This document shows, piece by piece, positions 52,244 to 64,000 of a stretch of 64,000 nt of DNA. How positions within the stretch are numbered: the stretch's first letter is position 1; every line of letters starts with the position of its first letter. The stretch comes from Octopus vulgaris. Lineage: Eukaryota. Below the pieces are notes generated by a model, which ran no database searches, had not been told where the DNA came from, and was given only the letters and a program-made list of their open reading frames with translations. A program made the position numbers and the translations under genes. The stretch covers positions 136,586,001 through 136,650,000 of the forward strand of contig OX597814.1 in assembly GCA_951406725.2 (NCBI GenBank). The letters are read 5' to 3'.

Positions 52244-52247
<4 letters not shown>
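51916..52247 (+). mobile_element. SINE family C
   Basis: Inverted homologue of 47024-47358. Confidence 0.9.
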
Positions 52248-52283
<36 letters not shown>

Positions 52284-52511
52284 ATGTAAGTTGCATAAAC
52301 ACACACATATATACACATATTTTCTTACAAGTATGTGTGTGTGTGTATGTGTGTGTTGGTGTCAAAAGATACATGTATAAGCTGCAGTTCAGTGTTACAT
52401 GTGTTTTTGTGAATGTCTCACGTTACATTATATTTTACTATGCCACGCGACATCGGTCATGCTGGAACAACATCGTGAAAATATCATTTTCTAACAGTAT
52501 CTCCCCCTCCC

Positions 52512-52585
52512 ACCCCCCAGTGAGGATCGAACTCGCAAACCCTGGTTTACAAGACCAGTGCTCTAATCACTGAGCTGCATGTTAC
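52512..52585 (-). pseudogene. tRNA-Thr(TGT)-like pseudogene or SINE head
   Basis: agctcagtgattagagcactggtct-TGT-aaaccagggtttgcgagttcgatcctcactggggg; D, anticodon and T arms recognisable, acceptor stem does not pair. Confidence 0.75.
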
Positions 52586-52615
52586 GTATAGGTACTTGTT
52601 AGCTGATTTTATATA

Positions 52616-53125
52616 CCGTAAATCCTCGAGTATAATCCGCTTTTTTTTCCCAAAATTTAAAGGTCAAAATCCCTAGTGCGTATTATACACGAAAATAATG
52701 AAAATTATTTTCTAAGAAATGTCCGAGTCTCTATTTGCTGTCCGGCAATGTTTATTCAGACGCATTTTGTGATATCGGGCGCGAAAATACCTTAAGCTAA
52801 GCCTGAAAGCAATGAAGTCATAAAAGAATCATCCATAACTTGCAGTAAGCAACATTTATTAAACGTTGTTACTGTTATTTCTTGACTTTCTGCAAACAAA
52901 ATGCACAAAAATGCTACACGTTTACATTAAGTTATATATACAATAAAAATAAAGGATGTTACCGTATGCATTTTTACAAACCAAGGACGTTATATAGACC
53001 TCCTTGACTCAAGTTAGAGAAGGGATGCGTATTATACACAAGGTTTAGGTTTTTCATTGGTACAGCCCCCTAAAAATCCCCATGCGTATTATACTCAAAA
53101 GCGGACTATATTCGAGGATTTACGG
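52616..53125. mobile_element. Tc1/mariner-superfamily MITE
   Basis: TIRs ccgtaaatcctcgagtataatccgc / gcggactatattcgaggatttacgg; TA TSD. Confidence 0.9.
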
Positions 53126-53797
53126 TACGAAATGTATGTGTGTACTTGTAAAGTTGACGTTACATATTAAGAATATATGTTTCTGTACATCGATGATTCA
53201 TGCTACACGTACGTGTGCTTGTGCAGGTTACTGTTACATGTTTGATAAAGCAGAGGGTGGCAGAGATGCCTTATAGCTGTCATAGACCAACTCCGTTTTT
53301 CTTGTCCTTCATATCCATAATTGATTTTGTACCTTATTTACATCATGAAAAAACACAGTTAGAGGACCTAGCTGAGAAGTCTGTACATGGTTATTAAGAT
53401 CAGCGAGAAACGGTAGTCAAATGTTCATTAAATCACAACCAGCCAACTTAGAAATAGAAATCTTGTTCAACGACCAGGACCACGAGGACCACATCGTAAA
53501 TCTTAAGGACGACTGATGATTTGTGTGGCAACTTTGTTTGAAACGTAGGATGGTTGTGCACCGTTAACCTCACTCTCTCGTCTGTGGCCATCTTCACCCC
53601 AGTCACAAAACCAAGTCAGGACGACTGGAGGTGGAACTGGATGTAGTAGATAACAAAGATGTCTTACTTGCCTGATCTTACCGTCTGCATTCCACAATGC
53701 ATTGCTACAGCTGCCTTCCCTCTGTTGAACCTTACTGGGACTACTTCTATACTACGGTGAGAGTAAACCTGGGGACTATAATAGTTAAAATGTTCGT

Positions 53798-53955
53798 GGC
53801 TACGTACTGAGTTCAAATTCCGCCGAAGTCAGCTTTACTTTTCATCCATTCAGGGTTGATAAAATAAATATCAGCTGAACACTGGGGGTAGATGTAATCG
53901 ACTAAACCCGTTCCCAGAAATTCCTGGCATTGTGTCGAAATATGAAACCAATAAT
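53798..53955 (+). mobile_element. SINE family B, 5'-truncated
   Basis: tgagttcaaattccgccgaagtc...cactggggg...; tail 2. Confidence 0.7.
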
Positions 53956-54774
53956 AGCTAAAAGGTGGTTCTAGACTCCTCAAAGCCCAGAAACCCCCAC
54001 CAGGGCAACGCTACCAGATGCAGTTTAAGATAGAAAATGAGGAATAGAAATAACACATTGAAGAATGGTAGTCCTAGATATAACAAAAACCGGAATGATC
54101 ACGACTGAAAAACCTTTCATCGTCTGTCTGAATGATAAAAGCTTTTTCTATTGACTTCAACATGTACTGGCATGACAAGAGACGCTTCGTACAAGGTGTT
54201 AATTATAGATTTTCTGTAGTACTGTTTCAATGATTATGCCTTTCAAAGCTAAAAATATAGAACTGAAACCACTACCTTCCTCAGACAATTCTGCAGTCGC
54301 TCGAGGTTTTCATTTTCACCTAATCGTTTCGATCGAGATTTCCAACCGTAATTTCTTGCATGAATCAGTCTGGGAGATGCCAGTATCAACCTGCTAACCC
54401 GATCCTAGTACCTGGCCTGGGATTAAGCAAAAACAACAAGAGTCGTCTAGGTTTTGAGTTTCATTGTAACCACATAGAAATCAGAATTTCAAGTTTATTT
54501 CCAATGTAATTATTTCATATAGCAGTAATATGTTGATTGGGGTTTCGATTCGGAGTAATTCGTCCAGAAGCTAGTATACTCGTACACTTCAGGAATAGGA
54601 AAACCAGTAAAGAAACGCATTGTAGTTTTGCTACATATACTGTATAACAACTGTTTTCTGGCTTTATTCAAAGAAGATTCAGTTTGTAGTACGGACACGG
54701 AGACACATACATACACACGCACATACACACACACACGCACACACTCTCTCGCCACATGTGTGTGTGTGTGTATT

Positions 54775-55000
54775 TTTAGCTTTCGCTTGTTTCAGTCGTT
54801 TGATTGCGACCATGCTGGGGCACCGTCTAGAACAGTTTTTGATCGAAGAAATTGGCCCTAGGACTTATTTTTTGCAGCCTAGTATTTATTCTATCGGTCC
54901 CTTTTTCCGAACTGCTAAGTTACGGATAGGTAAACACACTAACACCGGTTATCAAGCGGTGGCGGGGGACAAACGCAGTCGCACCCACACATACGCAGAC
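54775..55000 (-). mobile_element. SINE family A 3' half
   Basis: gtttcagtcgtttgattgcgaccatgctggggcaccg...ggggacaaac. Confidence 0.8.
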
Positions 55001-55256
55001 ACACACAAACACACACACACACACATTATATATATATATACTAGCCCCATGACAATATTTTCACATTTGATTCCCTTGCTTAGCAAATAATGCTTTCATT
55101 ATTTTATCACAGTCATAACTTCTCTCTTTTAAACAAACATCATGGTAGTCTAATAACAGAGGGAGAAGCAATTTGTCAAGTTTTACATTCCTCTCAAAGT
55201 AACATATAGGTTACAATTCAGCAGCCCATCTGTAAGCTTTGCAGTGTTTGTGTGTT

Positions 55257-55308
<52 letters not shown>

Positions 55309-56201
55309 GGGAAGAGAACATTGCAAATCATGAATGAAATAAAGATGAAATGAAAAAATCGTATAAATAAAAGAGCATTAATACAGATGTATACGCCCCC
55401 GACTTTCTTGTCTCATAACATCTAGAAAAATTATTAACAAAATTTACTACAGATACCGCTTAGACGTTGTGGCTTCAGAGTATATAGGGATTTATGGGAA
55501 AGAATTTTTGCGCTGGGATGGAGAGGGGAGTTTTGGAAAATTTACACGACCTGATTTTTTTCCTCGTAACTTTCAGGAAAATAGGTATCTTTTATTGAAA
55601 ATTTATACAAATCCCTTTCGAACGGTATATAAAGAAATTTGTGAGGAAATTTTTTTCGGGGATTTTCCCCGTTTGTTTAAACCACAGCCTTCGATATGAT
55701 GGAGTGCGGTGGCATCTTTGTATGAAAAAAGTGTTCAAAACTCTTCTTTCTTACAACCCCCTCCCTCAACATCCCACTCCGGACTTATTTTGACCAATTT
55801 TTTTTTTGCACTTCAAACCTATGAGAAGAGCATTTTCGGCAAAAATTTTTTATAAAACTGTTAATATTTTCAGAGGGAAAATTGAGTGATTTAAGGGCGA
55901 TTTGGCTGTTGTTTCTAACACATCCAAAGACAACCCTCCTCGTTTCTTTATCACTCTCGCATGTATTGATGTTTTTCAATATTTTTTCCATAAATACATT
56001 TATATGCAATAAAAAAGAAAATTTGAGAAATTATGGATTTTTTGCAATCCTACTCCCTGCCCCTGATTGTTTCTGTTTAGAAATTAAAATATTGGACAGC
56101 CTTAGAAGGTCATTGCTGGCATTTATCTACAGTGATTTTAAAAAATTTGCGGAGATATACTTGCATAGCAAGTGACTTGATCTGCGTGTACTGAAACAAA
56201 A

Positions 56202-56548
56202 ACAACTGCAGCGTGGAAGATGTTTGTATGATTTTGATTTTGATTTTTCCAGTTTCAGCTTATGAGCTGTGGCCATGCTGGGGCACCGCCATTTGGAACA
56301 CACAAAAACAGTTTCACTTCAACATTTAAATTTCATTTGTGTGAAAATATTTTCATCGCTTTGAAACCGTGACCTGTTCACTGACAAAACTCCACAAAAG
56401 TGATGCAGCACGAAGTTTTGTCAGTGAACAGGTCACGGTTTCAAAGCGATGAAAATATTTTCACACAAATGAAATTTAAATGTTGAAGTGAAACTGTTTT
56501 TGTGTGTTCTTGAATGGCTTACAAACATCTTCCACGCTGCAATTGTTG
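56202..56548. mobile_element. Foldback element with identical 96-bp inner arms
   Basis: 56296-56391 is the exact reverse complement of 56414-56509; outer arms aacaactgcagcgtggaagatgtttgta / tacaaacatcttccacgctgcaattgtt. Confidence 0.9.
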
Positions 56549-56994
56549 CTGATCGAAAAAGAGTTATGTAAAGGATAATTCATTCTAATAACATACTTTT
56601 CGGTTAGAAAATGTTTTTTTCTTACACACACACACACACATATGGCTTCGCTTGATTCAAGTGGGGGTAAAAATTTAGATTACAAATTATTTTGTTTTTC
56701 TTCCACCAATGGAACACGCGTGTGTTACTTCAGCATCATCATTCCATAAATGTGTTTCAATGGAGAAAAATAATGAAAAAAAAATCAATACATGTGCGAG
56801 TGAAAAGAGAGGGTGGTTTGGGTTGTACTAGAAACAACAGCGAAACCGCCTTTGAATTGTTCACCTTTTCCTCTGAAAATATTTACAATTTGTTTTGCTT
56901 TTTTACCGAAAAGGTTTCTCCTATGGTTTCTAAGTTAAAAATAAAAATAGCCAAAATCGGTCTGGACACAGCGAGAGTAAAGAATACGCACACC

Positions 56995-57229
56995 CGTGTT
57001 TAAGGTTAAGGTTAGGGTTAGAGTTTAGGGCTAGGGGCGAAGGTAAAGAATACGCACACACGGTGTTTAGGGTTAGGGTTCAGGTTTAGGGTTAGAGATT
57101 TTGTTACGCCGAAAACGGGTGGTGCACGTATTCCTTACCTTCGCCGGGTTAGGGTTTAGGGTTAGGTTTAGGGTTACGGCTAGGTTTACGCCGAAAATGG
57201 TTGGTGTGCGTATTCTTTACCTCCGCCCC
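56995..57229 (+). repeat. Interstitial telomere-like (TTAGGG/TTTAGGG) repeats interleaved with inverted 26-bp motifs
   Basis: ggggcgaaggtaaagaatacgcacac (57034-57059) vs gtgtgcgtattctttacctccgcccc (57204-57229). Confidence 0.85.
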
Positions 57230-57632
57230 GGATAGTTATTATTGTAAGGTTTATAGCGTTCCAAACAGCCATAACAACAAAATCACATAAAATTTTTTTA
57301 CAAAAAATATAAGGTTATTTTTTTAAAATTTCATCAGTAAATAATATTTTTTACATTACGTATACATTAATAGAACAAACTGTCGACTTTACAAATAACG
57401 AATTAAAACTTGAAATAAGAACATTAAAAGAGAAAGTGGGAGACTTTGCAAATTAAAATGGAATACTCCACAGTGAATGCAATGGATATTTAAATTTGTG
57501 AGAAATTAGAGTTTAAAAATTCAATAAACTTGAGAAATCGAAATTATAGGAAATTTCTTAGAACATGAATTTATAAAAGTATTTCCAGACGGTCAACCCT
57601 TTAATAATAGCTTTCTCCATTATAGTATAGAA

Positions 57633-57694
<62 letters not shown>

Positions 57695-57698
57695 ATAA

Positions 57699-57929
57699 GG
57701 CGGCGAGCTGGCAGAACCGTTAGCACGCCGGGCGAAATGCGTAACCGTATTTCGTCTGCCGCTACGTTCTGAGTTCAAATTCCGCCGAGGTCGACTTTGC
57801 CTTTCATCCTTTCGGGGTCGATAAATTAAGTACCAGTTACGCACTGGGGTCGATATAATCGACTTAATCCCTCTGTCTGTCCTTGTTTGTCCCCTCTATG
57901 TTTAGCCCCTTGTGGGTAATAAAGAAACA
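57699..57929 (+). mobile_element. SINE family B, full length, Tx1-like tail
   Basis: ggcggcgagctggcagaaccgttagc...gagttcaaattcc...agccccttgtgggtaataaagaaaca; followed by (TA)n and a SINE-A 5' half (57962-58110, minus). Confidence 0.92.
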
Positions 57930-58855
57930 TATATATATATATATATATATATATACGAATATACGACGGGCCTTTTCAAGTTTCCTTCTACCATTTCCAC
58001 TCACAAGGCTTTAGTAGGAGACACTCGCCCAAGATGCCACGCAGTAAGACTGAACCTTGAACTATGTGTTTGGGAAGCAAACGTCCTACTACACAGTCTG
58101 CCTGCGTCTATTATATGTACACTCTATAATAATCAAGGATAAAATCTATATAGGATTTTATCAAGTAGCCAGCATGTAAAAACCAATCCAGGTAAAAATT
58201 AATACAAAGTATTTAATTTTATAAATATAATTATAAAATTATAAGGGCACCTACCATGTCATGCCACATGTGTCTGTAAATAGGGAGAGAAATGCACTTG
58301 ACACGCAAGTGACGAAGATGCACGTAAAATACTTATTACATATCAATATCTGTTTGTCAGTGTGTACGCGCGCGTGTATAAACAAGAACATTCCGTTATA
58401 GGAAATATAGCAGTAGTCCCTTCAACAGTTTGTGCCGATAATATCGGATAAATAATTACTAAAATATGACATAACGATAATTGAATTATGGAATACGTCA
58501 ATGGTCGCTTCCAATTTCAATCTTACAATATATTATTATAATGATTGCTATGCATGGAAATGATAATATAAATAAGATGAATTACGTACAATCGGATACG
58601 CAGTAATTGATAAAGGAAGAAATGTTTAATATATAATCCTTTCTACGATAAGAACAAGACATACATACATACATACATACATACATACATACATACATAC
58701 ATACATACACACATACATGCATACATGCATGCATACATACCTACATACATATATACATACATACATACATGCATACATGCATACATACATACGTACGTAC
58801 GTACAAAACCTACATACATACATAGATATAATATACATATATACACACATACATA

Positions 58856-59682
58856 TCTACTATATATGTGGAAAATTCTGTCTGTGGGTGTTTGTTTGTG
58901 GTGTTGTTAGCTAACTCCTCCTACATCGTTTTTTCGATTTTGATAAAACTTGACACGTGAGTGAAACTCATGTCTGGAAATCTCATGGCATACTCGGATT
59001 GTTGAAAAAAAATCGATAATAGGGCCCCTGAAAGGGATCCTTATATATAGCCAAGAGAAATAACCCATGCATTTTCCTAAATTATTTGGCAGAAAAGAAA
59101 CTGAGTATGCTTATTTCTTGGTATTTGAAGATAAACTTTCGTAACACTTAAACAAGTAAATAGCATTTTCTTAACAATAGATCCACTTATTTCGGTTAGT
59201 GACTTATTCACAAATATACCAACACTAGCGCCCCTGAGGGTAATATTCTCTTGGAACGCACAAAAGCCCTTTCAGAGATAATTACTTTGAATTGTTATTA
59301 TCTCATATCTGATTAGCCTGTTATTACGTAACATGCTTCACGATTTTGGTATACATACCTTATTAGTATTTCCTCGTATGTTCTATATACTCTGGGAACG
59401 CATTAAAGCCCTTTTCGGGGCTACTTTATTTGAATTTTACTATCGGGTAACTAATTTCATGTTATTACATAAGTGACTTCACAATTTGGGTATTCATAAC
59501 TTATTGGGGATTCCTAAAAACAAGATTCTGTGTAAAACACTCCGGTATTTTCTGTAAATGCACAAAAAGCATTTTAGGGATACATATTTTGTATTGTTGT
59601 TATTGGATTAGCAAAACAATTATGAGAACAGAACCAAGGGATAAGCCCCGCTTTCCCGGGAAATACCGGATACGTCAGCTAG
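58856..59682 (+). mobile_element. Complete non-autonomous Helitron
   Basis: a|TCtactatata 5' end, subterminal hairpin ccgg-gaaata-ccgg, CTAG|t 3' end; internal ~140-bp diverged repeats. Confidence 0.85.
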
Positions 59683-59685
59683 TAT

Positions 59686-59850
<165 letters not shown>

Positions 59851-60019
59851 GCACTGAACCGCAAAAGAAACGCGAGACGTGTGTGACTGAGAAATATGTT
59901 TTAATTTCATTATGTCAGAGATAGATTTTGATAAATTTGATAATGACAATTTCTTGGATGCACTTTGCCACAGTCTATGGATCGTTGGTATTGGCAGATC
60001 CACCACATCGAGATTTAGG

Positions 60020-60720
60020 GCGTGACATGTTCAATACCGTGTATACTCTCCCTGTGTGTTCAAAACGGTCGTACACCGTCGGTACAATGAGTCCATGAAG
60101 CAGTTCACAAAAGCCATTGGCGCCTGTGCCCACAACCTGAGGAAAGCTGCCTCCAGTTCCACATGAGTTGTCGGCCTGGGGACCATCTGGTTCAGCCGTT
60201 TCTGGATTTCATCCCACATGTGTTCAATTGGGTTCAAATCCGGGCTGAGAGCTGGTCACGGCACGGTTCTGATGTTCTGATGCAGGAAGTCCATGGTGAG
60301 TCTGGCCTCGTAGGAGGCAGCATTGTCCTGCTGGAACACGGGCAATAGTGACGCGCGAAGAAGAAATTATGTGAGGTCTTAGGATCGGTCAGCACAGCGC
60401 TGTGCTGTGATGCTATCCCCAATGGTTGCACCAACATTTTGGAACACATGGGGCCCAATTCTCTTATTCAGGACTATAGGAAAACAATGATGCTTTGTCC
60501 ACCCCACGCGTCTCTTTCCCTGACACATGCCTCTCTGTAGCGTTTACCCCTCCTACTCTACATCCTCACTCTGCCGTCCGAGGTGGAAACGCAGTACCGG
60601 TTCTCGTCAGAAAAGACTATCGACCTCCATTGTTGATGTCGCCAATGTCGGTGCTGTGTAGCCTACAGTAGTCGTGCCTGACGGTGGCGGCCGGTGAAGA
60701 CAGGCGCTCGAGAAGAACGA
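60020..60720 (-). mobile_element. Decayed Tc1 (DD34E-type) transposase
   Basis: HRQARLL*ATQHRHWRHQQWRSIVFSDE, FQQDNA, SPDLNPIEHMWDEI, GEYTRY. Confidence 0.88.
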
Positions 60721-61037
60721 CAGCAACGAAGGTTGTTGGCGGCCAGAACCTTCCCTTCATCAGTGATAAATGCTGCAAAAAATAAGTGAAATACTTACTT
60801 ATACCCATGGAAGAAGTGAACACTAAGTGATGAAGCGAAGGTTCTTATGAACTAACTCTGAAATCGGGTCCGATATGATAATAACGGGATTTTTTAGAAA
60901 TTTCTGTTGGCTTTCTTCGAAACGCGTGCTTGTAGTGATAAATTACATATTTATTGATGTTGTGTCTATTTTCGGCATATTTCGGCATTAGAAGTTTTTT
61001 CTTTTGCCCTTACTTATAAATTATATATATATATGTA

Positions 61038-61240
61038 CGAGGAGTGTTGAAAAGTTCCTGGCCTTAAGAGTATGGGTTAGAGGCCCAAGCTACCGAGTTC
61101 TTTTACAAGGCTTAGAAAAAATGAAGGACTGCTGCAATAAGTGTGTAAATGTGAGCAGAAATCGTTGAACAAAATCATAATTAACTAACCCTCTTGTATT
61201 TTCTCTTAACCAAAGCCAGGAACTTTTTAGCATCCCCTTG
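61038..61240. mobile_element. Mariner-type MITE
   Basis: TIRs cgaggagtgttgaaaagttcctggc / gccaggaactttttagcatccccttg; TA TSD. Confidence 0.8.
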
Positions 61241-61249
61241 TATGTCAGG

Positions 61250-62820
61250 TTGGCAATGGTGTAGAGCAATCAGGGATTAGAAATTGATTATGGTGTCGTT
61301 TCCTTTGATCCTTATATGTTTGAATCAAGCACAGCGTTGAACCGAGGTTCATTGTAATTATAACACGCATCAATTTTGTTTTGTTAATCCCTGACCAAGT
61401 CCGATCGTCCATTTTATAAATTATTTGAACCTTTTGTCTCTTTGCGCTCCATTTGATCATGATTTGGCGACACTGATTTTCCATCCTTCCATCCAATGCT
61501 GGAAATAATGCAGAACGAAATGAGAATAAAAGTTGATGGCTTTTCTACAAATAAATGGTTTTTCATGATATGCTTTCCGATATTTCTTGTCTGAACATTT
61601 AAACAAAACGCTCTGCTTCACCGTTTGAAGCCGAATGAAAAACAAGTGACGTTAAATCGTGAATGCCAATGTGATTACCAAATTGTTTAAATCTAAATGA
61701 CGTAAGTGAGTTCCGTTGTTAGATATAATTCTTTCGGATTGTCTTCGTTGGTGAGAATTTTATAGGTTATTATTAAGAATGGTTTGTTAGTAGTTGTTAA
61801 TGATGTCAATGAAAAATATGGAAATTTCGAGAACGAATAATTGATAATAATCACAATTTATTGTAAATTGGTCCGGTGGAATATTCCTTATGTTCTGGTT
61901 GTTTTGTCTTGTTTTCCAAGTGTATTAGCAACTGATTGATAATTCGGCATGATTTGTCTTCACAGCCGACTGCCATGAGTGTATCTATATCAAATTGTAT
62001 TGTCGTCTTGTAGCAATATCTACGAACCATTTGTTACATTCTGATCAAATCGCAATGAACTTCATGCAGTTGAAGCAGAAATTTATTTTGTGATATCTTC
62101 GGAATAATTCCTCTTGGTAAATTGAACTGCAAGACTAATAAATTATTGTGTTAATTACATCACGTTTTTTTTACTAATACTCTTTTCAATATTTCTTTCC
62201 AGTCAACTATTTTCGATGAATTGTTTAATACAAATAATATCGATAGCAGACTTTATGGCTCACCCAATTCCTTTAATAGCAATTGGCATTTTATCGAAAC
62301 TTTCATCATAAATTTGGAATCCAGAGTATGATTCTTATGATTTTCATCAAAATCATAATCGTATCCGTCTGGCAGTCTTGATAATGCATCAGCATTTTGA
62401 GTTGCGTCGAAGCGTTATACCACACTCCATAACGCCCATGACATGACCAAACGCTAAAATCACTATGACGAAAGCACCGGTATATTTTTAGCCGGTTGGA
62501 ATATGTGAATTATTATCTTGCAATCGGTGATAAATTGTAATATCTTTATACAAATTGATTAAAATTACCGAAAGTAATAGACAACCCCTCTTTTATCTGT
62601 TTTTCTATATCCCTGTTGACATGCATTCAGTATTTCACAAGAATAAGTCAGTCTTTTGACATCAGAATCATATATGATTAGGAACAGTACGTTGTCATTG
62701 CTACAAGACACATTGGACAAATTCGACGACGTTAGTTGTTCATGTCACAATTGGACTCGTGTTCCACTTCTGACACCATTTGTTGTAGCAACATAGGAAT
62801 CTAAAAGTTTCAGCTTTAGA
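61250..62820 (-). mobile_element. Decayed Ty3/Gypsy pol (RNase H plus integrase)
   Basis: QIKEGLSITFG, QNADALSRLP, PERIISNNGT, HSASNGEAERFV, RHHNQ; many stops; no LTR recognised. Confidence 0.8.
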
Positions 62821-62829
62821 ACTTATATT

Positions 62830-64000
62830 GTTACAAGAAATAAAATTATTATGTTGGGCTTTTCAAACAGAATAATCCTTCCGGAAATATTACAGTCAAC
62901 AGAGAAACATCTTATAGCATTGCTGCATACATATGGGTATGTATAGAAAAGAGGTTTATTTCGCAACGTACCACTTATATAGAGAGTGTATATACAGCAA
63001 CAACACCACCAGCAGTAGAAGCTGCTAGAACATGTCGAACAAAAAAAGCTTGGAAACATACCAGCAAGAAGAGGGGTAAAGTTCATGTGGTTACTAATGT
63101 AGCTCAGAATATATCACACTTCTAAGAACTGTATGAAGTTTGTTAGGGTCATAGTTTGTAAAGGATTGCGGTTCACTTTTAATTTATTAGTCTTTTTCTA
63201 TCAACTACCAAATCTAAGGCTAGAGGACAGTGTCTGTTTAGAATAGATAGACAGAGTGAATTGATTGTTTCTATTTGGGAATGGTCATAAATATTGTCTG
63301 GATTTTAGGAAATGTATAAGTAATTGTCTATAAAAGAGGCTGGGTAGGGGAAGACTCTAAATCAAGATGTTAATTACCAGTTAAAGGGGCAAGATGCTAA
63401 TGAACCTATGATGTTAATACAGAAGAAATTATCATGGGGTACAATGGATGATTGTATATTAACAATATTATTATGTTGTATGAAGATAAAATTTAAGATT
63501 ACTAAAAATGATATTATAACCAGAATAGATAAATTGTGTATATACACCAATTTTCAACATTAGAAAGGGAAGATTACATAGAATTAGTTTAATATTAATT
63601 CCCGTACTTAATTATTTACTTATAAGGTGGTTTCTATAAATAATGCTCTGGGTATATCTTTATGGAATACTGGGGTGATAAATCATGCTATCTTTGTATT
63701 AATTATAAGCTAAGAATCAGAAAAAAAAATCGGAAAAATGAGTTGTGTACAGATACATACACATATTTAACTATATGCACACATGCAAATATACACAAAT
63801 ATTTATACTTTATTATGGATATGTTATAATCAACTCTTCTAGACTTAAGTAATTAGAAAGTTTATATTTCTCTTTGAGAACATTAATAACTTATAAGAGA
63901 CAATAGGTTAATAGGTAAAGATATCAAAATAAGAAAACACAATAATAAGAAATTATAAAGAATAGTAAAAATATATATATAACTAATATATAATACTAGG
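62830..64000 (-). mobile_element. Possible highly decayed Penelope-like RT/linker
   Basis: Only faint motifs on the minus strand (FITPVFHK, YPASFID, ILNRH). Confidence 0.3.

Noticed and set aside
53508-53555. CTGATGA...GAAACGTA hammerhead-like match
   Set aside because: Stems I and II do not pair.
54240-54690. Possible host exon in non-repetitive sequence
   Set aside because: No recognisable protein similarity or convincing splice pair; a small exon cannot be excluded without RNA-seq.
62823-64000. Possible mitochondrial insertion (NUMT)
   Set aside because: AT-rich and superficially coding-like, but I found no mitochondrial protein motif; faint Penelope motifs fit better.

Overview
AT-rich, microsatellite-saturated eukaryotic DNA. 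The tRNA-derived SINE families and the (TA)n/(CA)n/(TACA)n load look like an octopus (coleoid cephalopod) genome; this is pattern recognition, not a database match. I found no host protein-coding gene. Nearly all supplied ORFs are translations of simple repeats, and the real coding signal comes from transposable elements. These include a young 5'-truncated Tx1/L1-clade LINE with an intact 637-codon RT ORF inserted in a (GATA)n tract; several Penelope-like elements (Neptune-type GIY-YIG, Naiad-type RT/GIY-YIG); and decayed CR1, RTE, R4-like, Gypsy, Tc1, maT-like, Tigger and Helitron copies, plus MITEs and foldbacks. Most notable: (i) the 3' end of the Tx1 LINE matches the 3' tail of an abundant SINE family, suggesting a LINE-SINE partnership; (ii) about nine hammerhead-ribozyme-like motifs lie in Penelope pLTR pieces that nearly all abut (TA)n/(CA)n, often the microsatellite inside a SINE; (iii) a Neptune element carries ~2.7 kb of degenerate CA-rich sequence between its endonuclease and its ribozyme; (iv) there are several perfect long inverted repeats. 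Coordinates were read by eye, and element boundaries are approximate unless termini are quoted.
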